A model generated the notes under the pieces. The model was not told where the DNA came from and did not search any database. It saw only the letters and a program-made list of their open reading frames with translations. A DNA stretch of 64,000 bases from Steroidobacteraceae bacterium (GTDB taxonomy: Bacteria; Pseudomonadota; Gammaproteobacteria; Steroidobacterales; Steroidobacteraceae): contig DASXOY010000001.1 in NCBI GenBank assembly GCA_036493935.1, positions 64,702 to 128,701 of the forward strand, read 5' to 3'. The position numbers were made by a program, and so were the translations under genes. Below, one piece after another: positions 10,256-20,767 of this stretch; positions within the stretch are counted from its first letter, which is position 1, and the number at the start of each line of letters is the position of its first letter.

Positions 10256-11086
10256 GTGGAAAACACTGCCTCCATTCTGATCCTGGTCTCGGGATTCGCA
10301 CACGCGGTGGTGAATGCGATCCTGAAAGCCGGCAACGACAAGATGTCGCGGCGTGCCCTCATTGACGGTTTCAGCGCGCTGCTATTGGCGCCTGCCGCCT
10401 TTCTGGTGCCATTGCCGACAAACGCCTGGACCTGGCTGTTCGCCTCTGCGGCGGTGCACGGACTTTATCTGCTCGCGTTGATCAAGTCCTTCGAGCAGTC
10501 CGACATGACGGTGGCTTACCCCATCGCACGCGGCCTCGCGCCCATGCTCGCCGCAACCGGTGCCGTCGCCATTTTTCACGAGCCCATAACCATTGCGGTG
10601 GCCGTCGGCATCGCCTCCATCGCCCTGGGCGTAATGTTCATTGGGGTGAGCCACAAGATGCGGCGCAGCGCGCTCCTATGGGCCACGCTCACCGGTACAT
10701 GCATTGCCGCCTACACCGTAATCGACGCCCAGGGCGTGCGCGCCGCGCCCACCGCCTTGAGCTACATCGTTTGGACCTTCCTGCTGCTGGGTGGTGCCCT
10801 CGGCACTGTGTTCGCCCTGTGGCGCGGCCAGGACTTCTTAATATCCGCGGCCGGGCAGTGGAAGCCAGGGCTCATGGCCGGCGCGCTATCGATTGTTACC
10901 TACGGATTTGCGTTGTTGGCGTTTCGGCTGGGCGCGACGCCGCGCTTGGCCGCGCTGCGCGAGACCTCTATTCTGTTCGGCACGGCAATTGCCGTGATCT
11001 ATCTTAAAGAGCGGCTTACACGGCTGCGGCTCATCGGCGTGCTTGGCATTGCTGCCGGCGCCGCCATCCTGATCGCGTTGCGGTAG
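10256..11086 (+). CDS. EamA/DMT-family membrane transporter
   Basis: 276 aa, about 10 hydrophobic helices arranged as two EamA-like halves. Confidence 0.8.
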   Translation: MENTASILILVSGFAHAVVNAILKAGNDKMSRRALIDGFSALLLAPAAFLVPLPTNAWTWLFASAAVHGLYLLALIKSFEQSDMTVAYPIARGLAPMLAATGAVAIFHEPITIAVAVGIASIALGVMFIGVSHKMRRSALLWATLTGTCIAAYTVIDAQGVRAAPTALSYIVWTFLLLGGALGTVFALWRGQDFLISAAGQWKPGLMAGALSIVTYGFALLAFRLGATPRLAALRETSILFGTAIAVIYLKERLTRLRLIGVLGIAAGAAILIALR

Positions 11087-11112
11087 CAGTGCGGCAGCGG
11101 CGAGCCTCTGCG

Positions 11113-11364
11113 TTAAGTGTCGTCCCGTCCATCCTTGCCGGTTAACGGGGCGGAAGCATCATCGAGCTCCAGTCCATCGTCATACAAGGTGTCTTCCTCG
11201 TCATCCAAGTGCAGTGTCGCGTCTGGATTGCGTTTTTTTTCGTATTCCGTGTGAGCCACCGATTTCTTTTGCTCAGCGCCGTCCAACGGACCGCTACGCA
11301 GATGTGATTCTCCGGCCCGGTCGTTCTCGATGCTATCTCCGTCTTCGGTTCTGATGTCGCCCAT
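11113..11364 (-). CDS. Hypothetical small, highly acidic protein (83 aa)
   Basis: The ATG at 11364 is preceded by GGAG about 6 nt upstream. MGDIRTEDGDSIENDRAGESH...DDEEDTLYDDGLELDD. I recognise no family. Confidence 0.35.
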   Translation of the reverse strand: MGDIRTEDGDSIENDRAGESHLRSGPLDGAEQKKSVAHTEYEKKRNPDATLHLDDEEDTLYDDGLELDDASAPLTGKDGRDDT

Positions 11365-11519
11365 GTGAACTCCTTCGGGGTTCGTTTGCCGAAGTGGCAG
11401 CCTATGCCTACGGCGGGCCCGTCCATATTCCGAGGATGACGCAGTTCTTGTAGGCGCCGGCCGACAGGCAGATCGAATCACGCTCGGACCCGCTGGCCTG
11501 ACCTGCTAGCCTAGCGGCT

Positions 11520-11551
11520 GGAATGAAATCGACGGCCGGAATGAAATCGAC
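11520..11551 (+). repeat. Duplicated 14-mer (4-nt spacer, 18-nt period) spanning the tamA initiation codon
   Basis: GGAATGAAATCGAC ggcc GGAATGAAATCGAC. This gives two in-frame ATGs (11523, 11541) and the peptide MKSTAG-MKST. Confidence 0.8.
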
Positions 11552-13445
11552 CATCTGCACGTTTTGGATCTTGAGCGCATTTTTATGGTGCTGCAGCGCT
11601 CGCGCGGCGGATCCGCAGCCTTACCAGGTCACCCTTGCGTCAGTGGGGAACGATGACATTGACGCGACTCTGAAGGCTACCTCCGATTTACTGTCGCTGC
11701 GTTCCTCGGCGCCAGTCAGCCCGTTCGGTCTGATTGCCCGCGCGCGCAGCGACACAGACCGGCTCAAGACCGCGCTGGAGAGCTTCGGGTACTACGAGTC
11801 GCACGTCATTATTAATATCAACGGACTGCTGCTCACCGACCCGAGCCTGGGGGATGCACTCACCGCGCTGCCGAAGGACAGCATCGCGCGGGTGGCCGTG
11901 AGCTTCAATTTGGGCACGCTTTACCATTTGCGGCGCATCGAGATCGACGGCGAAATCCCGGCTCCGATCAACGGCCGGGAAACTGTGGGCTTGAATGCCG
12001 GCCAGCCGGCGGTGGCCTCTGCGGTGCTCGCCGGCGGGTCGCGGCTGCTGTCCGCGCTGCAGGAGCAGGGCTACGCCTTCGCGCAAGTGGACCCGCCGGT
12101 AGCCTATGAGGCTGCCGATGCCCCCGTGCTGGACTTGAGCTTTCATGTCGTCGCCGGCCGCAAAGTGAACATTGGCGATGTCCACGTCGAAGGATTGCAG
12201 CGGGTGCACGAATCGCTAGTGCGTAGAAGGCTGTTGCTCCATACCGGCGATCTGTACAAGCCGTCGGTGATCGAGGCTGCGCGACGCGACCTCTTGGCAC
12301 TCAACGTGTTCGGTCAGGTCAGCGTGCAGATCGGCTCGAAGGTGGACGAATCGGGGGGCGTGCCGGTCACGTTCAAGATCCGCGAGCGATTGCGGCATGC
12401 CATCAGCTTGAGCGCGGCCTACTCCAGCGATCTCGGCGGCAGCGGAGGCGCGACCTGGACCGACCGCAATGTTTTTGGCAATGCAGAGCAACTGACGCTT
12501 GCGGCCTCGGTCATCAATCTTGGCGGAAGCGATACCACCGGAACGGGCTACGACAGCAGCGTCAAATACCTCATTCCTGAATTTATGCATCGCGACCAAT
12601 CGCTGCAATTTGCGGTCAGTGCCATCAAGCAGCAGCTGCAGGCGTACGATCAAACCGCCAAGACTGCCAGCGTTACCTTGAGCCGCAAGCTATCGAGCAT
12701 CTGGACGGTGAACGCGGGCCTGTCGACCACCGACGAACAGATCCTGCAGGTGATCAGCGCCAGCGCAAAGACACCGGGCGGACCCATCACAGCAGATCCC
12801 CCGGTGACCTTCGACTACACTCTGGTGGCGTTGCCGTTCAGCCTGGTCTACGACTCAACCAACCTGGCGAGCCCCTTGGAAGATCCGCGCCATGGCTTTC
12901 GCGGATCACTGAGCTTGACGCCCACGTTTGCCATCGGACATCCGAATGCGACCTTCCTGATTTCGGTGCTGAAAGCCGCCACTTATTATGACCTGCACAA
13001 TCTCTTTCCGATCGAGCCGGGCCGCAGTGTTATCGCCGCCCGCGCCCTGGCCGGTGTCGCTCAGGGCGCAGGCGAATTCAGCCTGCCGCCGGACCAGCGC
13101 TTTTACGCGGGCGGCACCAGCACGGTTCGCGGCTATGGCTATCAGCTGGTCGGGCCTAGATTTCAATTCACCGGTAATCCCACCGGCGGCACGGCGATCG
13201 CGGCGGCGGGCATTGAGTTTCGACAGCGGCTGTACACCAACTGGGGTGTTGTCGCGTTCATGGATGCAGGGCAGGTGAGCGCGAGCATAAAGCCGCTTCC
13301 CGACGACACGCGTTTCGGCGCAGGAGCCGGCATGCGCTATTACACGCCGATCGGTCCGATTAGATTGGATGTTGCGGTCCCGATCGGCCGTCGCGCCGGC
13401 GAGGACTCGTTCGAAGTGTACATCGGCCTTGGGCAGGCATTTTAG
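11523..13445 (+). CDS. tamA: Translocation and assembly module outer-membrane subunit TamA (Omp85/BamA family)
   Basis: Signal peptide, POTRA-like repeats and a C-terminal beta-barrel ending ...DSFEVYIGLGQAF. Directly followed by tamB. Confidence 0.85.
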   Translation: MKSTAGMKSTICTFWILSAFLWCCSARAADPQPYQVTLASVGNDDIDATLKATSDLLSLRSSAPVSPFGLIARARSDTDRLKTALESFGYYESHVIININGLLLTDPSLGDALTALPKDSIARVAVSFNLGTLYHLRRIEIDGEIPAPINGRETVGLNAGQPAVASAVLAGGSRLLSALQEQGYAFAQVDPPVAYEAADAPVLDLSFHVVAGRKVNIGDVHVEGLQRVHESLVRRRLLLHTGDLYKPSVIEAARRDLLALNVFGQVSVQIGSKVDESGGVPVTFKIRERLRHAISLSAAYSSDLGGSGGATWTDRNVFGNAEQLTLAASVINLGGSDTTGTGYDSSVKYLIPEFMHRDQSLQFAVSAIKQQLQAYDQTAKTASVTLSRKLSSIWTVNAGLSTTDEQILQVISASAKTPGGPITADPPVTFDYTLVALPFSLVYDSTNLASPLEDPRHGFRGSLSLTPTFAIGHPNATFLISVLKAATYYDLHNLFPIEPGRSVIAARALAGVAQGAGEFSLPPDQRFYAGGTSTVRGYGYQLVGPRFQFTGNPTGGTAIAAAGIEFRQRLYTNWGVVAFMDAGQVSASIKPLPDDTRFGAGAGMRYYTPIGPIRLDVAVPIGRRAGEDSFEVYIGLGQAF

Positions 13446-16400
13446 TGCGGCGCAGTTTCAAAATCAGCGCGTGGTTCTTCGGCGCCTTGGTGCTGCTGTT
13501 GGCGCTCACCGCCGGCACCTTGCTCATCATCGGCAACACTGCCGGAGGCCGGGTTCAAATAGAAAGACTGGTGTCTCGGCTCACCGGCGGGCATGTGCAA
13601 TTGTCCGGATTGGGCGGATCACTGCCGAGCCATCTGACGCTCGAGGAGCTGCGCCTCACGGACGCCGCGGGAGTCTGGCTCACGGCCAAGAAGATTGAGC
13701 TGGATTGGACGCCGCTCACCTACCTCGAGGGCAGGTTGCAAATTGATCGGCTGCACGCGGCAAGTGTGGATATGCAGCGGTTGCCGCAGAGCTCATCCGC
13801 GGCGCCAAGCAACAAGGAAGTGTCGATCCCGCAGATCGACGTGGGGCAAGGGTCCTTTGACCTCGTGCATTTGGGAGCCCGGCTCGCCGGGCAACCGGCT
13901 TCCCTGGCGGCGAGCGGCAGCGCGCATTTGCGCTCGGTTCGCGACATGCTCTTCGATGCCTCGGCGCACCGCATCGACGGCGACGGTGAGTACGAACTGC
14001 ACCTGGGCTTCGATGAGAAGCGCATGGATGCTGCGCTCAAATTGCAGGAGCCGGCCGGCGGTCCGCTCGAGAATATCCTGTCCTTGCCCGGGTTGGGTGC
14101 CCTGCATGCGACGCTCAACTTCACCGGTCTGCGATCCGCGGAACATCTCGCGCTGACGCTGGAGGCGGGAGAGCTCAAAGGCCATGCACAAGGCACGCTC
14201 AACTTGGTCGACCTGTCGGCTGACCTGAGCTTTGCGTTCGACGCCGGCTCGATGTCGCCGCGGCCGGACTTGGCCTGGGAGAAGGGCACGCTGAGCGGGC
14301 GATGGCATGGCAGCATCAAGTCGCCCACGGCCGAAGGCCATCTTGAACTCACGCGGCTTCGCATTCCCGGCGAGATGCAAGCGGCGGCCGTGTCGGCTGA
14401 CATTGACGCTGATCGGGGCAAGGCAAATCTGCACGCCTCGGTCCAAGGCCTGAAAGTTCCGGGTTCGCAGCCGCGCTTGCTGGAGGCGGATCCCCTCAAA
14501 ATCGCTGCGTCCCTGCATCTCGATCAACCCGCGCACCCTCTGGAAGTCACTGCCACGCACCGATTGTTCTCCTTGCGAGGGCAAGCCGTAACATCGGGTC
14601 AAAAAAGCGCTTCGCTGGAACTGCGCCTGCCGAACATTGCGCCGTTCGCCGCTTATGCCGCGCAAGATCTGCGGGGCAGAGCCGTCATTAGCGCGAATCT
14701 GGCCGGCTATCCTGCCACTCGCATCAAGCTCGACGCGAATGCCGCTTTGACGCCGGGTAAACAGGCTTGGGCCGGTGCGCTGGGTGATCATGCACGATTG
14801 GAAATGAGCGCAGTGCTCAAGGACAGCGCGCTGGAGATTGATAATGCCAAGCTCACGGGGCGCGCGCTGGTGCTGTCGGCAGATGGCCGTATCGGCAGTC
14901 AGGCCATCGACGCGCACTGGGACTTGTCGCTCCCAGATCTCAACAAGGTGTCCGCGGTGCTGGCAGGCAGCCTGAAGGGCTCAGGATCGGTGCAGGGCCC
15001 GGCCACTGCCTTGGCGGCCGATGCAAATTTGAACACGACGCTTTCGGTACGCGGGTCGCCAAGCGGAAACTTGTCGGCGGATTTGAAGGTGCGCGGCCTA
15101 CCGTCGGCTCCCCGCGGCACGCTGAAGACGCAGGGTTCCCTGGACGGCTCGCCGCTGCACCTGGACGTTTCGATGGAGCGTAGTGCCGAGCGTGTGCTGC
15201 ATGCGGTCATTCAGCAGGCAACGTGGAAGAGCGCACACGCCGACGGCGACATGACATGGACGACCGACAAGTCGCAGATGCACGGCCGGCTGTCGCTGTC
15301 AGTCTCGCAGCTTCAGGATTTGCAGCATTTGCTCGGCACGGAGATCGCCGGCAGCCTCGCCGGCAACGTCTCGCTGCGTCCCGATGGACAGCGCACGCGC
15401 GCGCAACTCGAGCTCGATGCCAAAGACCTGACGCTGGCCGGCATGGCCGGCAGCGTGCATGTGGCCGGCGATGGCTTTACCGATGCCTTTGCTTTCAAGG
15501 CAGGCGCGCAGTTACCCAAATTCAACGGAGTCGCCGTGACGTTGGGCGCGAGCGGTAATTTCAATCTCGATAAGGAGGAGATTTCCTTGGCTAGCGCCCT
15601 TGGTTCGTACGCGGGGCAGGAAGTGCGCCTGCTGGAGCCGGCGCGCATTTACTTGGGCGGCGGCGTGGCAGTTGATCTGCTCAAGCTGGGTGCCCAGAAA
15701 GCGGAACTCGATGTGCAAGGGCAAATCTCTCCACTGGCGGCACGCCTATCGGTGCGCCAAGTGCAGCCATCGCTGGTTAATGTCTTCATTCCGAATTTAT
15801 TGGCGGCCGGCGTCATCGACGCCCACGCTGATTTGCATGGCAGCTTGAGCGCACCGGTGGGGGAAGTTGCGTTTAATGCCTTGGGCGTGCAGTCGGCGGA
15901 CGACGCCGCGCTGGGATTGCCGCCGGCAAACATACGTATTACCGCGGGCCTGCGCGGACATACGGCCGACATCGATGCGCGTCTCGATGCAGGTTCGGCA
16001 TCGCAGCTGAGCGCGCTGGGTCAAGCTCCGCTCGCCGCAGACGGTGAAGTGGATATGAAAATCAACGGCAAGGTCGATGTCGGCCTGATGAACGCCTTTC
16101 TGGAGGCACGAGGTCAGCACGCTTCCGGACAATTCGACATTGACGCCACGGTGACCGGCGCAGTGGCGGCGCCGCAGATCGCCGGCACGCTCGGCCTAAA
16201 AAACGGCAAGATCAACGATTACGGCCGCGGCGTCAGCCTCACGGATATCGCCGCACAAGTCGTCGGCAATGAAGGGACATTGCAGATCAAAAGCTTCACC
16301 GCGACGGCGGCTCCTGGAACGGTGTCGATGAGCGGCAGTGTAGGGATTGTCCAGAAAGGCATCCCCGTCGATCTGCAGATTACCGCCCGCAATGCGCAGC

Positions 16401-17380
16401 CGCTCGTCAGCAAGCTGATCACGTCGAATCTCAATGCGGACATCACCATCAAGGGCACGGCGCGCGAACGGCTCGATGTCGAGGGAAGCATGCACCTCAA
16501 CAAGACCTTGATCGGCATTCCCAATGGTTTGCCGCTGAATGTCGCTGTGCTCGATGTGCGGCGGCGTGGCACGAAGAAACCGCCGGCTGCCGAAAAGCCG
16601 CTTATCATCGGCCTCGACGTTGCAGTGCATGCGCCGCAGGATATTCAAGTGGAAGGGCGCGGGTTGGACGCAAGGATGCGCGGAGATCTGCAAATCAAGG
16701 GCACTACCGATGCGCCCCTGGTGAGCGGCGGATTCGATCTCGAGCGCGGTACTTTTTCTCTCGCCACGGGCAGATTGAACTTTACCGAAGGGCGCGTCAG
16801 TTTCAACGGCGCAGGGCTGCAGAACAAGATCGATCCGACTCTGGATTTCACCGCGGAGACAACCATTGCCGACACCACGGCCACCTTGCGCATCACCGGC
16901 CTCGCCGATGCGCCGGTATTCGAATTCAGCAGCACGCCGTCGAAGCCGCAGGATGAAATCATGGCGCTGCTGCTGTTCGGTGCGCCTACCCAGCAATTGA
17001 CGCCCTTGCAGCTTGCGCAGGTTGGCGCGGCGCTGGCGTCGATGAGCGGCGTGGGCGGTAACGGCAGCCTCAATCCTCTGGTCAAGATTCAAAAGAGTTT
17101 GGGGTTGGACCGGCTGAATATCGGGGCCGGTACCACGAATGCCCAAACCGGTCAGGATTCGGGCGCGAGCATCGAGGCGGGGCGCTACATTTCCAGGCGG
17201 GTCTACATTGAAGCCAAGCAGAGCACCGCCGGCGCCAGCCAACTGGGGGCGGACATTGAGTTGACCAAGCACCTGAAGTTGCAGACGCGGTTAGGAAACG
17301 GTACGGCGTCGGTTCAAGGAACGACGCCGGATAATGATCCCGGGAGCAGCATCGGCTTGCTTTATCGGTTTGAGTATTAG
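13445..17380 (+). CDS. tamB: Translocation and assembly module inner-membrane subunit TamB (DUF490 C-terminus)
   Basis: 1311 aa with an N-terminal anchor and long beta-rich repeats. C-terminal block SGASIEAGRYISRRVYIEAKQS...LLYRFEY. The GTG start shares one nucleotide with the tamA stop. Confidence 0.85.
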   Translation: MRRSFKISAWFFGALVLLLALTAGTLLIIGNTAGGRVQIERLVSRLTGGHVQLSGLGGSLPSHLTLEELRLTDAAGVWLTAKKIELDWTPLTYLEGRLQIDRLHAASVDMQRLPQSSSAAPSNKEVSIPQIDVGQGSFDLVHLGARLAGQPASLAASGSAHLRSVRDMLFDASAHRIDGDGEYELHLGFDEKRMDAALKLQEPAGGPLENILSLPGLGALHATLNFTGLRSAEHLALTLEAGELKGHAQGTLNLVDLSADLSFAFDAGSMSPRPDLAWEKGTLSGRWHGSIKSPTAEGHLELTRLRIPGEMQAAAVSADIDADRGKANLHASVQGLKVPGSQPRLLEADPLKIAASLHLDQPAHPLEVTATHRLFSLRGQAVTSGQKSASLELRLPNIAPFAAYAAQDLRGRAVISANLAGYPATRIKLDANAALTPGKQAWAGALGDHARLEMSAVLKDSALEIDNAKLTGRALVLSADGRIGSQAIDAHWDLSLPDLNKVSAVLAGSLKGSGSVQGPATALAADANLNTTLSVRGSPSGNLSADLKVRGLPSAPRGTLKTQGSLDGSPLHLDVSMERSAERVLHAVIQQATWKSAHADGDMTWTTDKSQMHGRLSLSVSQLQDLQHLLGTEIAGSLAGNVSLRPDGQRTRAQLELDAKDLTLAGMAGSVHVAGDGFTDAFAFKAGAQLPKFNGVAVTLGASGNFNLDKEEISLASALGSYAGQEVRLLEPARIYLGGGVAVDLLKLGAQKAELDVQGQISPLAARLSVRQVQPSLVNVFIPNLLAAGVIDAHADLHGSLSAPVGEVAFNALGVQSADDAALGLPPANIRITAGLRGHTADIDARLDAGSASQLSALGQAPLAADGEVDMKINGKVDVGLMNAFLEARGQHASGQFDIDATVTGAVAAPQIAGTLGLKNGKINDYGRGVSLTDIAAQVVGNEGTLQIKSFTATAAPGTVSMSGSVGIVQKGIPVDLQITARNAQPLVSKLITSNLNADITIKGTARERLDVEGSMHLNKTLIGIPNGLPLNVAVLDVRRRGTKKPPAAEKPLIIGLDVAVHAPQDIQVEGRGLDARMRGDLQIKGTTDAPLVSGGFDLERGTFSLATGRLNFTEGRVSFNGAGLQNKIDPTLDFTAETTIADTTATLRITGLADAPVFEFSSTPSKPQDEIMALLLFGAPTQQLTPLQLAQVGAALASMSGVGGNGSLNPLVKIQKSLGLDRLNIGAGTTNAQTGQDSGASIEAGRYISRRVYIEAKQSTAGASQLGADIELTKHLKLQTRLGNGTASVQGTTPDNDPGSSIGLLYRFEY

Positions 17381-17442
17381 AAGCGTCAAGCAACGCTCCC
17401 GGCTACAATGAGAGTCTCCAAGAGCCTGGGAGATTAAAAATA

Positions 17443-19110
17443 ATGGATTTGAGTCCTCGTGCTTTCCTATTCGCATCTTTACTGAGCGTCGCGCTCGGCA
17501 CCGCTGTTGCCTCTGCTGCCGAACGAGCCGCTGCCGAGCGGCCGGCCGGCGACGCTCCGGACACCAAGGTTGCTTTGGTGCCCGAACCGACCGAGTCGCC
17601 GCGCTACTTGAAAGATGAGCATCAGGCCAGCTCGGGTTCGGTGACGGTCGGCGGCCGTGCTATCGCCTACCAGGCCGAAGCGGGCATTTTGGTGGTGCAT
17701 GTCAAGGACCCTTTGGATGATGATCCGCCGTTGCCGAAAGAAGATCGCACCGGCCCACCACCCCCGCAGCCGCCGGAAGTGGGGATGTCCTATGTCGCGT
17801 ACTTTCGCGGCGATAAGGAAGATGGCCATCGGCCCATCACGTTCGTATACAACGGCGGACCGGGGTCCTCCACCGTCTGGCTGCACATGGGAGCTTTCGG
17901 CCCCAAGCGCGTGGTGACAGCCGATGATACGCATAGTCCCGCCGCGCCTTACCACCTAATCGACAACGAATTCACGCTGCTCGATGCCAGCGATCTGGTC
18001 TTCGTCGACGCGCCGGGAACGGGCTTCGGTCACATGCGGGGAGCGGATAAGGAAAAGGCCTTCTTCGGCATCGATCAAGATGCGCATGCCTTTGCCAATT
18101 TCATCGTCGAATTCCTGTCGCGCCACAATCGCTGGAATTCGCCGAAGTATTTGTTCGGCGAAAGCTACGGCACGACGCGGTCCGCCGCCTTGGCGTATGT
18201 CCTGCAGAATGAAAAGTCGTTGGACCTGAACGGTGTGATCCTGCTGTCGCAGGTGCTGAACTTTGACGACGGCGTCGATGCTCCGCAATTCAATCCGGGC
18301 ATGGACTTGCCTTATGCGCTCGCGTTGCCTACCTATGCGGCCACCGCGTGGTATCACCATAAGCTGCAATCGCCGCCGGCCGCGCTCGAACCCTTCCTGC
18401 ACGAGGTGGAGTCGTTTGCGTTGACGGATTACCTGCAAGCGCTGGCGGCGGGTTCGACCCTGTCGCCGCAGCACAAGTCAGAGATTGCCGTCAAATTGCA
18501 CAACTACACGGGCCTCCCCGCCGACTACATCGAGCGGGCGAACCTGCGCGTGAATGGCGGTGAGTTTGAGAAAACGCTGCTGGGAGCGGAAATTACCGCC
18601 GGCCGGCTGGATACGCGGTTCGCGGGACCAACCATCGATCCTATGAGCAAGGAAGCGGAATACGATCCGCAGTCTGCCGCCATTTCCTCCGCCTATGTGT
18701 CGGCCTTCAACGATTATGTCAGGACGGCGTTGAAATTCGGCGCGAAGAAAATCTACAAGCCCGTATCGTTTGACATCGGTAACCGTTGGGATTTCGAGCA
18801 TCAGCCGCCGGGTTCGCCCAGCAAGGTGCCGGGTCCTGTGAACGTGATGCCGGATCTCGCCGTCGCCATGAAGCAGAACCCGAATCTCAAGGTGCAGCTG
18901 AATGGCGGCTATTATGATTTGGCCACGCCGTATTTCGCCGCCGAGTACGAACTGCACCAATTGCCGATACAGGAAAGCCTGCAAGGCAATATCGAGATGC
19001 ATTTTTATACCTCCGGTCATATGGTGTACGCACACGAGCCGGACCTGAAGGCGTTGCATGCCAACGTCGCCGCTTTTATCGACAAGACCAAGAACGGCAG
19101 CGGCAAGTAG
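17443..19110 (+). CDS. Secreted serine carboxypeptidase-like protein (peptidase S10 family)
   Basis: Signal peptide; NGGPGSS oxyanion block; nucleophile motif GESYGTTR; C-terminal GHMV histidine block. Confidence 0.75.
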   Translation: MDLSPRAFLFASLLSVALGTAVASAAERAAAERPAGDAPDTKVALVPEPTESPRYLKDEHQASSGSVTVGGRAIAYQAEAGILVVHVKDPLDDDPPLPKEDRTGPPPPQPPEVGMSYVAYFRGDKEDGHRPITFVYNGGPGSSTVWLHMGAFGPKRVVTADDTHSPAAPYHLIDNEFTLLDASDLVFVDAPGTGFGHMRGADKEKAFFGIDQDAHAFANFIVEFLSRHNRWNSPKYLFGESYGTTRSAALAYVLQNEKSLDLNGVILLSQVLNFDDGVDAPQFNPGMDLPYALALPTYAATAWYHHKLQSPPAALEPFLHEVESFALTDYLQALAAGSTLSPQHKSEIAVKLHNYTGLPADYIERANLRVNGGEFEKTLLGAEITAGRLDTRFAGPTIDPMSKEAEYDPQSAAISSAYVSAFNDYVRTALKFGAKKIYKPVSFDIGNRWDFEHQPPGSPSKVPGPVNVMPDLAVAMKQNPNLKVQLNGGYYDLATPYFAAEYELHQLPIQESLQGNIEMHFYTSGHMVYAHEPDLKALHANVAAFIDKTKNGSGK

Positions 19111-19249
19111 CTGCCCGCAGGTCTGAAAGTTTTGGAGTGACTATGTAATAAATACTCGCGCCAATTGCCGGAAAGGCTGTTTTCCGTGCAATTTGCGCGC
19201 TGGTATGCAAATTGCTGGGATCTCGTATACGCACGTCGGGAGTGTCTAT

Positions 19250-20641
19250 ATGAATAATCAAATGCACACTGAAACGGCACTGAGTTCCGCGCCGCCTGCG
19301 GCTGGACAATCAAGCAGTGCAGTAAATACAAATGCCGCGGCCGCCTCATTCCGCGGCAGCCAACAAGCCGCCCAATTGTTGATGCGCTTGTTTCGCCGCT
19401 ACCCGCAGGGCCTGGCTTTGCGATTGTGGGATGGCACCGCCATCAGCGCGGGCGGTGGGGCATCGGCCGCCGACTCTCCCTTCACACTGGTGTTTCGCAC
19501 GCCCGAAGCGGTCTGGTCCGCGGTCCTGGGACGAGATCCGCTCGCCCTCGCCGATGCTTACTTCCGGGGCGAGTTGGACATCGAAGGGGATTTCTTCGCC
19601 GCCCTGAGCATCAAGGATCATTTGGATGCCTTGCGGATGCCGCGCGGGGAGAAGCTTCTGGCCGCCGCCACGGCGCTGCGACTGCGCATGATAAACGCCG
19701 CCGCCCAGCATTCCGGCCGGCTATTTGCACCCTCGGATGCGCCGCGGATCAAGGCGCACTCGAAAGCGGAGAATCGGCAGGCCATTCATTTTCATTACGA
19801 CGTTTCGAATGATTTTTATGCGCTCTGGCTGGATCGCGCCATGGTGTATTCGTGCGCGTACTTCGAAACGCCGGATGTCGGCCTCGATGCCGCTCAGCAG
19901 GCAAAACTCGACCATGTCTGCCGCAAGCTATCCTTAAAACCGGGAGAGCGATTTCTCGACATCGGCTGCGGCTGGGGGGCGTTGGTGATCCACGCGGCAC
20001 GCCACTACGGGGTGCAGGCCCAGGGGGTCACCTTGAGTCCGCAGCAGCTGAAGGTCGCCCGCGAGCGCATCGCGAGCGCAGGACTTGAGGGCCGCGTTGC
20101 TGTGGAGCTCTTGGACTATCGCGATTTGCCCGGACAAGACTTGTACGACAAAGTGGCCAGCGTGGGCATGTTCGAGCACGTGGGACTGAAGAATCTTCCG
20201 GTATATTTTGCAACCGTGAATCGCCTGCTCAAGCCGCGGGGCCTGTTTCTGAATCATGGCATCACGCACGATTCGGAGGGATGGGAGCCGTCGGTATCGA
20301 CCGAATTCATCAATCGTTACGTGTTTCCGGATGGGCAGCTCGATACGATCAGCAACGTTCAGCGCGTCATGGAAGGCGCAAAATTCGAGATCGCCGACGT
20401 GGAGGGATTGCGCCCGCACTATGCGATGACCTTGCGGCATTGGGTTGCGCGCCTCGAGCGCCATCGAGCGCAGGCGCTGCAATTCGTCAACGAGGCGACT
20501 TACCGGGTGTGGCGTCTGTACATGGCGGCCTGCGCACTGCAGTTCGAGTCGGGAGAGATCGGCATTTACCAGGTGCTGGCCAGCAAGCGTGCGGCGGGAA
20601 TTCCGGACCTGCCTTTAACGCGGCGGCATCTGTACCACTAA
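19250..20641 (+). CDS. Cyclopropane-fatty-acyl-phospholipid synthase family SAM-dependent methyltransferase
   Basis: HYDVSNDFYALWLD, MVYSCAYF, SAM motif LDIGCGWGAL, SVGMFEHVG. Start set at the ATG at 19250, which has GGGAG 7 nt upstream. Confidence 0.8.
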   Translation: MNNQMHTETALSSAPPAAGQSSSAVNTNAAAASFRGSQQAAQLLMRLFRRYPQGLALRLWDGTAISAGGGASAADSPFTLVFRTPEAVWSAVLGRDPLALADAYFRGELDIEGDFFAALSIKDHLDALRMPRGEKLLAAATALRLRMINAAAQHSGRLFAPSDAPRIKAHSKAENRQAIHFHYDVSNDFYALWLDRAMVYSCAYFETPDVGLDAAQQAKLDHVCRKLSLKPGERFLDIGCGWGALVIHAARHYGVQAQGVTLSPQQLKVARERIASAGLEGRVAVELLDYRDLPGQDLYDKVASVGMFEHVGLKNLPVYFATVNRLLKPRGLFLNHGITHDSEGWEPSVSTEFINRYVFPDGQLDTISNVQRVMEGAKFEIADVEGLRPHYAMTLRHWVARLERHRAQALQFVNEATYRVWRLYMAACALQFESGEIGIYQVLASKRAAGIPDLPLTRRHLYH

Positions 20642-20767
20642 AAGCAGCCGTTGGCGGTCTCTTTATCTGTAGGCAAGCGCTGACAGGAGGCGCAATCTGG
20701 GCACGCTAGACGGCGTGCGCCGCATGCTTCACATTACGCGTAATTGCCGAAGAACAAGGAAATGCCC

